A stretch of 22,825 nt of DNA. Source: a candidate division WOR-3 bacterium (GTDB taxonomy: Bacteria; Hydrothermota; UBA3072; B12-G15). Location: assembly GCA_965649055.1 (NCBI GenBank), contig CBFGJG010000029.1:1-22825 (forward strand). The letters run 5' to 3'. The notes beneath the pieces are model-generated. The model worked only from the letters and a program-made list of their open reading frames with translations, did not search any database and had not been told where the DNA came from. The position numbers and the translations under genes were made by a program. This document shows positions 16,541-22,825 of this stretch, piece after piece. Position 1 is the first letter of the stretch, and every line of letters starts with the position of its first letter.

Positions 16541-18603
16541 TTAAACTGAATCGGTATTGTTTGTTCCATCTTTGTTGGAACACCGTTAACCTTTCCAGGG
16601 ATAAACTTCCATTTCATCGCTGTGTTTATTGCTTCCTGATCACATACACCACCACCAAAACTCTTTACAACTTCTGCTTTAATAACATTTCCATTTTCAT
16701 CTATCAAAACCTTTACAAAAACTGTCCCTTCAATCCCCAATCTTTTTGCAGCATCAGGAATTGTAGGCATAGCAACTTTTTCAGGTTTTGGGAGTTCTAT
16801 CTGTTCCTGTTTTTGTTCAACTATAGTTGTCTCTTTCTTCTCTTCCTTTACCTCTTGAACAGGCTGTTCGGTTGTGGTAGCCACTGGTTTTTCTTCCTTT
16901 TTCTCAGTAGGTTTTATTGTATCTACAGGCTGTGATAATAATTTTCTTGTCAAAACATCTTCTGCCGTAACAGTCGTTACTATCTTCTTCACTGGCTGTA
17001 TATTTGAAGTTTCCCTGAAATGTTTACCAAGTTCACGAAATGCAACTTCAGTTGAAGGTCTTGAGGATGTTGGAATATATATTTCATCAATTTTTTCAGA
17101 AAGTAATCTTTTATCCATCCTGTCAATACCTTCAATACCGTCCCTAACAAATGAGATATTTGAAGCAACATAGAGGAATGTGTAAGGAATATCTTCAGCA
17201 ATAATCCTCTGAAATTCAGACCATATCTTTTTACTTTCCTTTCTATCAAGTGTTAATATACCTTTCTCAATAAGTTGGTCTATCTGTGGATTATTATATT
17301 TTACAAAATTGTAACTTCCTGTAGAGCTCCATATTGGTGCAGGTTCAAACTCTTTTGAGATATTCCACGAAAGGATAAAAGCTGAAAAATCTCCTTTTTC
17401 AAGTCTTGTAATAAATTCAAGTGTATTTAATTTTTTTACACTTGACATTACACCTATTTTCTTTAAATAACTCGATATCATTTCAGCAACTGCGACTTTG
17501 ATAATATCATTTTGATCAACAAGTATCTCTATATTTAGATTATCAAAATACTTATCCCTATTTTTATCAATATATCCAAGTGATTTGATTATTTCGATAG
17601 CCTTATCCGGATTATATCCAATTGTAAGACCTTTCACCCCATCATCAAACGCCCAGTGATTCTGAGTTATCGGACCGTAGGAAAGTTCTCCGGAACCTTG
17701 TAAAATTTCCTGTATTATCTTCTGTCTATCTATTGCCATAGTTAATGCAGTTCTTAGCCTTTTATCTTTAAACTGACTTAGATTCCAACCAATAAATGTA
17801 TAACTATTGCCTGGTTCGATTATTGTCTTATAATTTGGAAGATTAACTTCTTTTATCCTGTCCGGTGGAAAGTTTAATACAATATCAATATTTCCTAATT
17901 TCATCTCATCTATCAACTCATCAATTGATAATGGAAACCAGAATACAATTCTATCTGCTAATGGTCTACCATAAATATAATTTTCATTGGCAACCAGTTC
18001 TATGTATTCACCTTTTTTCCATTCAACAAGCTTATATGGTCCTGAAGTTATTTCAGGAATTTCTTTAAATTTTTGTTTTCCCAGCTCTGACTCCAAAAGT
18101 TTCGCAGGTAAAGGGAATATATTTGAATTTAATATTTCATCTGCGTATATCATTGTAAATTCAAACTGGATTCCATTATTACCTACGGGTTTTACATTCT
18201 TGATATATTTCAATCTTCCAATGAGAGGGTAATTATTTTTCGGATCTTTCATCACCTCAAATGTTTTTACAACATCTTTTGGTGTTATTGGTGTTCCATC
18301 ACTCCATTTACTATTTTTATCTATATAGTAAGTAATCTTCGTAAGGTCTTCAGAAAATTCCCATCCTGATGCGATACAGGGCATAACTTTTCCATTCTTT
18401 TCAATCTTATGCAAGGGAGAAAAAAGAAGATATGTTACAGGTGAGTAACCTGTAATTGGTGGATAAATTGGATTCAGGTTTGTAGGTTCATCAAGACTTG
18501 CAATTATTAGCGTTCCACCTTTTTCACCTTTATACGTAAACTTCTCTTCCTTAACACATGAGAATAAACCAAAAACAAAAAAAACTATCCAAAGTTTTTT
18601 CAT
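16528..18603 (-). CDS. Lipoprotein: family 5 (OppA/DppA-like) solute-binding domain fused through an E/K/P/T-rich linker to a TonB C-terminal domain
   Basis: Lipobox MKKLWIVFFVFGLFSC; SBP5 motifs KWSDGTPITPKDV, SGPYKLVEW and LRTALTMAIDRQ; C-terminus AKRLGIEGTVFVKVLIDENGNV..WKFIPGKVNGVP..IPIQF is TonB_C-like. Confidence 0.85.
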   Translation of the reverse strand: MKKLWIVFFVFGLFSCVKEEKFTYKGEKGGTLIIASLDEPTNLNPIYPPITGYSPVTYLLFSPLHKIEKNGKVMPCIASGWEFSEDLTKITYYIDKNSKWSDGTPITPKDVVKTFEVMKDPKNNYPLIGRLKYIKNVKPVGNNGIQFEFTMIYADEILNSNIFPLPAKLLESELGKQKFKEIPEITSGPYKLVEWKKGEYIELVANENYIYGRPLADRIVFWFPLSIDELIDEMKLGNIDIVLNFPPDRIKEVNLPNYKTIIEPGNSYTFIGWNLSQFKDKRLRTALTMAIDRQKIIQEILQGSGELSYGPITQNHWAFDDGVKGLTIGYNPDKAIEIIKSLGYIDKNRDKYFDNLNIEILVDQNDIIKVAVAEMISSYLKKIGVMSSVKKLNTLEFITRLEKGDFSAFILSWNISKEFEPAPIWSSTGSYNFVKYNNPQIDQLIEKGILTLDRKESKKIWSEFQRIIAEDIPYTFLYVASNISFVRDGIEGIDRMDKRLLSEKIDEIYIPTSSRPSTEVAFRELGKHFRETSNIQPVKKIVTTVTAEDVLTRKLLSQPVDTIKPTEKKEEKPVATTTEQPVQEVKEEKKETTIVEQKQEQIELPKPEKVAMPTIPDAAKRLGIEGTVFVKVLIDENGNVIKAEVVKSFGGGVCDQEAINTAMKWKFIPGKVNGVPTKMEQTIPIQFKWKK

Positions 18604-18608
18604 AAATA

Positions 18609-18649
18609 CCTCCTTTTTTATATTTTAAAACACTAAAAAAATTTGTCAA
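18609..18649 (-). promoter_or_regulatory. Sigma70-type promoter (TTGACA-N16-TAAAAT) and RBS AGGAGG for the SBP-TonB/pyr operon
   Basis: TTGACA at 18649-18644 (overlapping the valS TGA stop), TAAAAT at 18627-18622, AGGAGG at 18614-18609, ATG at 18603. Confidence 0.7.
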
Positions 18650-21261
18650 GTAATTACACTAATATTTTTTAGCAGTCTTTTTAATTTTTGTATTTTTTCT
18701 TTAAAATATTCCTGTTTTTCCTTCATATTTAAAACAACTTCAGGTGGTGCTTTCTTCTGAAACATTTTATTCTTTAGTTGCTCCTGTATTTTCTTTAACT
18801 CTATATCTATTTTTTCAAGTTCCTTAGTTATCCTTTCCCTTTCTTTGTCAAGATCTATAATATCCTTCAGCTGTATATATACATCAAGACCTTTAAGTGC
18901 AAAAAAAACAAATCCACTGTTTAAATTTCCTATTTTGATATTTTTTAAACCTGCCAAATTCATAATCCATTTCGATTCCTTATTCAATAAATCAATGAGT
19001 TTTTTATCACCTTCAATAAAACAGGTTAGTTCCATATCGGGTTTAATACTGAAATCACCTCGAACGTTTCTTATATTAACAACAAAATCCTGTAATATCT
19101 GGAATTCTGATTCCAAATTTTCATCCATAAGGTGTTTTTCAAATACTGGCCAGTTTGATTCAAAAAGAAATTTTTCCCTGTGTATTCTATTGAAAATTTC
19201 CTCTGCTATACAGGGAGTAAAAGGATAAAGCATCTTAAGATAATTCTCTAAAACCCACAAACTAACACTTATCACTCTTTTTCTATCGTTTTCATCCCTT
19301 AAATATACTTTTATTATTTCAAGATACCAATCACAAAAATCAGACCAGAAACCATCAAATATCTTCCTTGCCGCATCATTCACCCTGAATTCATTCAATG
19401 CTTTTTCAACGTATGAAATATTCTTCATTGTCTTCGAAATAATCCAGCTATCGGCCATTGAAAGATTATATCCTTCTATAATTGGCTCTTCGTCTTTCCT
19501 ATTTAAACTTATAAATCTATATGCATTCCATATCTTGTTAAGAAAATTTCTACCAGTCTCAATACTTTTTTCTTTATAGATAACATCCTGTCCCTCGGGT
19601 GTTATAAGTATTATACCTATCCTCAAAGCGTCAGAACCATAATTGGATATTAAATACATAGGATCAACTGAATTACCAAGTGATTTAGATAGTTTTCTTC
19701 TTTTTTCATCCCTTACCATTCCATTGAAATATACATTCTTAAATGGAATATCTTTCATAAATTCCAGAGATGCCATAATCATTCTTGCAACCCATAAAAA
19801 GATAATATCCCAACCAGTCACAAGGACATCGGTTGGGAAAAATTCTTCAAGGTCTTTTGTTTTTTCTGGCCAACCAAGTGTTGCAAATGGCCAGAGCCAT
19901 GATGAAAACCAGGTATCAAGAACATCTTCATCCTGATAAACATTTTTTGAAAAACATTTTGGACAGTCCTCTACTTTTTCTTTAGAAACCACATAATTTC
20001 CACAATCTCCACAGTAATAGACGGGAATCCTGTGCCCCCACCATAATTGACGAGAAATCGGCCAGTCAATAATATTATCAATCCAATGAAAATAAACCTT
20101 CTTCCATCTCGGTAAATAAAACTTGATTTTCCCTTTTTCTACAACCTTCCTTGCCTTAATACCAAGTTCTTTCATTGAAACAAACCATTGTTTAGAAAGA
20201 TAAGGTTCAACTATTGTGTCACATCTTTTACAGTGACCAACATTATGAATGTATGGCTCTATTTTTTCAAGAAGGCCTGTATTTTCCAATTCTTTTATTA
20301 TTTTTTCCCTTGCTTCAAATCTATCATAACCTGCAAATTTACCACCATTTTTATTTATTCTACCATTTTTATCAATAACCTGAATAAATTCCAGTCTGTG
20401 TTTCTTACCTATTTTGAAATCAAGTGGGTCATGCGCAGGTGTAACCTTCACAGCACCTGTTCCAAATGAAACATCAACCGCTTCATCAGCAATTATTTTT
20501 ATATCTCTTTCAACAAATGGAACAATAGCAAATTCACCAACCAGCCTTTTATATCTTTCATCGTCAGGATTAACAGCAATAGCTGTGTCACCTAACATCG
20601 TTTCTGGTCTTGTTGTAGCAACAGTTATATAGCCACCCTTTTTAAGTGGATATTTTATATACCATAGTTTTCCATTTACTTCTATATCCTGAATCTCTTC
20701 ATTAGAAATAACAGTCATACAGGATGGGCACAAATTCACAATGTATTCGTCTCTATAGATCAATCCTTCTTCATATAATTTCACAAATGCCTCAAGAACC
20801 GCATTAACATACTTTTCGTCAAGCGTGAATCTCTCTCTCGTCCAGTCAACTGCAAGACAAAGTCTCTTCATCTGTGTAGAGATTCTTTTGTGATACTCCC
20901 GTGTCCAATCCCAGCAAAGAGATACAAATTTTTCTCTTCCCACATCAAACCTTGTTAGATTCTGTTTCCTTAACTCATTCTCTACTTTTCCGCTGGTAGC
21001 GATACCTGCATGATCAGTCCCGGGCAACCATAACACTTCATAACCTTGAAGTTTTTTTGATCTTATAATAATATCCTGTAATGTTAGATTCAGAACATGG
21101 CCAACGGTTAAAATGCCGGTAACATTTGGTGGGGGTATTACAATCGTAAATTTTGGTTTTTTACTTTCTGGGTTAGCAACAAAGACCTTATTTTTTTCCC
21201 AGATAGTAATCCATTTTTTTTCTGTTTCCTCTGGATTATATCTTGTTGGAATATCGTTCAC
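18646..21261 (-). CDS. valS: Valine--tRNA ligase
   Basis: PPPNVTG, PGTDHAGIAT, ATTRPETMLGD, GTGAVKVTPAHD, ISRQLWWGHRIP, DVLDTWFSS, KLSKSLGN and a C-terminal coiled coil; GTG start with GAGG RBS. Confidence 0.97.
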   Translation of the reverse strand: MNDIPTRYNPEETEKKWITIWEKNKVFVANPESKKPKFTIVIPPPNVTGILTVGHVLNLTLQDIIIRSKKLQGYEVLWLPGTDHAGIATSGKVENELRKQNLTRFDVGREKFVSLCWDWTREYHKRISTQMKRLCLAVDWTRERFTLDEKYVNAVLEAFVKLYEEGLIYRDEYIVNLCPSCMTVISNEEIQDIEVNGKLWYIKYPLKKGGYITVATTRPETMLGDTAIAVNPDDERYKRLVGEFAIVPFVERDIKIIADEAVDVSFGTGAVKVTPAHDPLDFKIGKKHRLEFIQVIDKNGRINKNGGKFAGYDRFEAREKIIKELENTGLLEKIEPYIHNVGHCKRCDTIVEPYLSKQWFVSMKELGIKARKVVEKGKIKFYLPRWKKVYFHWIDNIIDWPISRQLWWGHRIPVYYCGDCGNYVVSKEKVEDCPKCFSKNVYQDEDVLDTWFSSWLWPFATLGWPEKTKDLEEFFPTDVLVTGWDIIFLWVARMIMASLEFMKDIPFKNVYFNGMVRDEKRRKLSKSLGNSVDPMYLISNYGSDALRIGIILITPEGQDVIYKEKSIETGRNFLNKIWNAYRFISLNRKDEEPIIEGYNLSMADSWIISKTMKNISYVEKALNEFRVNDAARKIFDGFWSDFCDWYLEIIKVYLRDENDRKRVISVSLWVLENYLKMLYPFTPCIAEEIFNRIHREKFLFESNWPVFEKHLMDENLESEFQILQDFVVNIRNVRGDFSIKPDMELTCFIEGDKKLIDLLNKESKWIMNLAGLKNIKIGNLNSGFVFFALKGLDVYIQLKDIIDLDKERERITKELEKIDIELKKIQEQLKNKMFQKKAPPEVVLNMKEKQEYFKEKIQKLKRLLKNISVIT

Positions 21262-21268
21262 ATTAACC

Positions 21269-22825
21269 TCACTCTTTAATAATTATCTTGTAAACAGACC
21301 TTTCCTTTTCAACCTTGCTATCATATATTTTCTTGTATATTGCACTACCCGTAAATTCACCTTTTATCATAACATCTTGCAGGCTCTCATCTTCGTCAAT
21401 GTAAACCTTTGAAAAAACCTTATTAATTACCATCTTATACTTTTTTATAAGGTATCTTCCTTTAAGTCCTTGATACCAGTTTTTCATCTCTTTTAAATAT
21501 ATATCATCGGTAAATGATTGTGAAAACTTTTCATCCTTTACTTCTTCAGGAAAAAATTCCTCAAGTGTAACAAGGAAGCTTAAAAATGTATTTAAGTCAA
21601 TAATTATAGTGGATTCATCTTTTTCTCTCACTTTTGAAAATAGATTTGCTTCTCTGACAAGATTTCCTGTAAGATCGGGCTCTTTAAATTTGTTTATGCA
21701 GAATGAAACATCTTTTTGTGGCTCACCTGATGCAATACCAATACCTACCTGGAATATTCTCTTTATTGAAGGAGGAAGTTCTTCGTAAGTAATTCCACCA
21801 AACTGGAGTTTGAAACCTTCAATCTGTCTAAACCAATCTTCATAGTTTTTAAGGTTTTCTTTAACAAAATTCTTTGACTCTATCACCATATCACGAGCAC
21901 ATAGAACTGCATTTTTTGCCGAAAGCCCTCCTTCAACGAGCATTAAATTTTCTATATCTATGTCTTCCTTTCCGCTCCTGTATTGCATAAAGGAAGTATA
22001 AAGTTCATGACTGTTTCCAGAGAAGAGAATAATCCCACCATCCCCGGTATCCTTAATCGGGAAACCACCATATTTATAAACTACATTTAAAAGCCTTTCC
22101 TGGAATTTATTTCTTATCTCCTCTTCTTTTTTTGCATTTCCTAACTTAAAACCCATAAAACTTGAACCCCGAATATCATAAACGAGAACAGAAACATTAT
22201 TAACAATTTTAGAAAGTGCTTCTTTTTTTTGAATATTCCTGCTTTCTAATTTAATATCAGGGAGTAGGAAAACCCCTCCTTCCCTTCCTCTTAGTCCAAC
22301 CCATCTTGCCTCTTCAAGTGTAGTCTGTTTATATTTGATTACTGGCCATATTTCAATCATCATCTCAATAATTTTGGAATAAACTGTAGGTTCAAAAACA
22401 TCAATATAAAATTTTTTCATATTCTCAATAATTGTATCATAATCAAATTCTGTTCTAAACATCTTCTTGGATAAATAAGTTTTCGGTATTTCAGTTTTTT
22501 TCTTATCAAGGGATTTAAAAATTTCATTTAATAATTCTATTGAAAGCAACCTGTCAATATCATGACAGATAAAATTCAATAAATATGAAAGGTTATAACT
22601 CTTTAAACCTTTCTTAACCCTTCCATCAATTTCCTGTTTTATGCCCCTGAGAGCACCGATATTAATCTTTATAATATCGTTAAGCCTGTCCAGTCTTTCT
22701 ATTAGTTCTATTGTTGAAAATTTATCTAAATCCACTAATAATTGATTAAAGATTTCTTTCAATCTGTTCTTTGTATTTTGTAAATTCAATTCAGACAGGT
22801 TATCTTTTTCACTTATTATTTTGTA
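21269..22825 (-). CDS. Paralog of the 830-aa protein with a divergent class III cyclase-like domain; probably 5'-truncated by the window edge
   Basis: VSVLVYDIRGSS, KDTGDGG, VGIGIASG, PDLTGNLVREAN and IIID. The frame stays open from the TTG at 22789 to base 22825 (YKIISEKDNLSE), so the true start is probably outside the window. Confidence 0.7.
   Translation of the reverse strand, partial: YKIISEKDNLSELNLQNTKNRLKEIFNQLLVDLDKFSTIELIERLDRLNDIIKINIGALRGIKQEIDGRVKKGLKSYNLSYLLNFICHDIDRLLSIELLNEIFKSLDKKKTEIPKTYLSKKMFRTEFDYDTIIENMKKFYIDVFEPTVYSKIIEMMIEIWPVIKYKQTTLEEARWVGLRGREGGVFLLPDIKLESRNIQKKEALSKIVNNVSVLVYDIRGSSFMGFKLGNAKKEEEIRNKFQERLLNVVYKYGGFPIKDTGDGGIILFSGNSHELYTSFMQYRSGKEDIDIENLMLVEGGLSAKNAVLCARDMVIESKNFVKENLKNYEDWFRQIEGFKLQFGGITYEELPPSIKRIFQVGIGIASGEPQKDVSFCINKFKEPDLTGNLVREANLFSKVREKDESTIIIDLNTFLSFLVTLEEFFPEEVKDEKFSQSFTDDIYLKEMKNWYQGLKGRYLIKKYKMVINKVFSKVYIDEDESLQDVMIKGEFTGSAIYKKIYDSKVEKERSVYKIIIKE

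Noticed and set aside
16790..16930. Low-complexity TTC/CTT-rich tract as a DNA repeat
   Set aside because: Explained by the Glu/Lys-rich linker of the SBP-TonB protein; there is no regular repeat unit.
21262..21268. T-box leader before valS
   Set aside because: The intergenic gap is only 7 bp.
6017..21412. Numerous 60-140 aa ORFs in the track that lie antisense or out-of-frame within larger genes (e.g. 8623-8988, 14804-15232, 16561-16935, 18845-19228, 10326-10514)
   Set aside because: They overlap well-supported genes, show no recognisable motifs or RBS, and have the Ile/Ser/Phe-rich composition expected of shadow frames.
1..22825. CRISPR arrays, tRNA/rRNA, IS elements, prophage or integrase genes; also a firm taxonomic assignment
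   Set aside because: Almost all bases are accounted for by protein genes and no repeat-spacer, terminal-repeat or recombinase signatures were seen. The TonB domain suggests a diderm bacterium, but lineage cannot be established without a search.

Overview
AT-rich, very densely packed bacterial chromosomal window with no mobile elements, CRISPR array or structural RNA genes visible. Left to right: a GT-C/PMT-type membrane glycosyltransferase (+); a minus-strand unit of radical SAM (PflX-like), purL (PurS-fused type), purQ and a class I methyltransferase whose full frame lacks a canonical start and probably begins at ATT; a small NifU-like gene (+); a long minus-strand run of overlapping genes (SBP_5 lipoprotein::TonB-C fusion, pyrR, pyrB, pyrC, TldE/PmbA-like, 830-aa unknown, GAF-GAF-GGDEF, nucleoside/uridine kinase); valS; and a 5'-truncated paralog of the 830-aa protein. 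The best candidate novel system is nucleotide signalling embedded in the pyr operon. Two paralogous large proteins carry a divergent class III nucleotide-cyclase-like domain (both metal Asp and the Lys/Asp purine pair kept, Asn/Arg pair replaced, shared insertion). One overlaps a GAF-GAF-GGDEF gene with the Asp-to-Ser change diagnostic of Hypr (3',3'-cGAMP-making) GGDEF enzymes and a PDE/CyaB-like GAF. Also notable are the SBP-TonB fusion, five sigma70-like promoters all with 16-bp spacers (two implying leaderless mRNAs), and pyrR without room for an attenuator. All calls come from reading motifs by eye; no searches were run.
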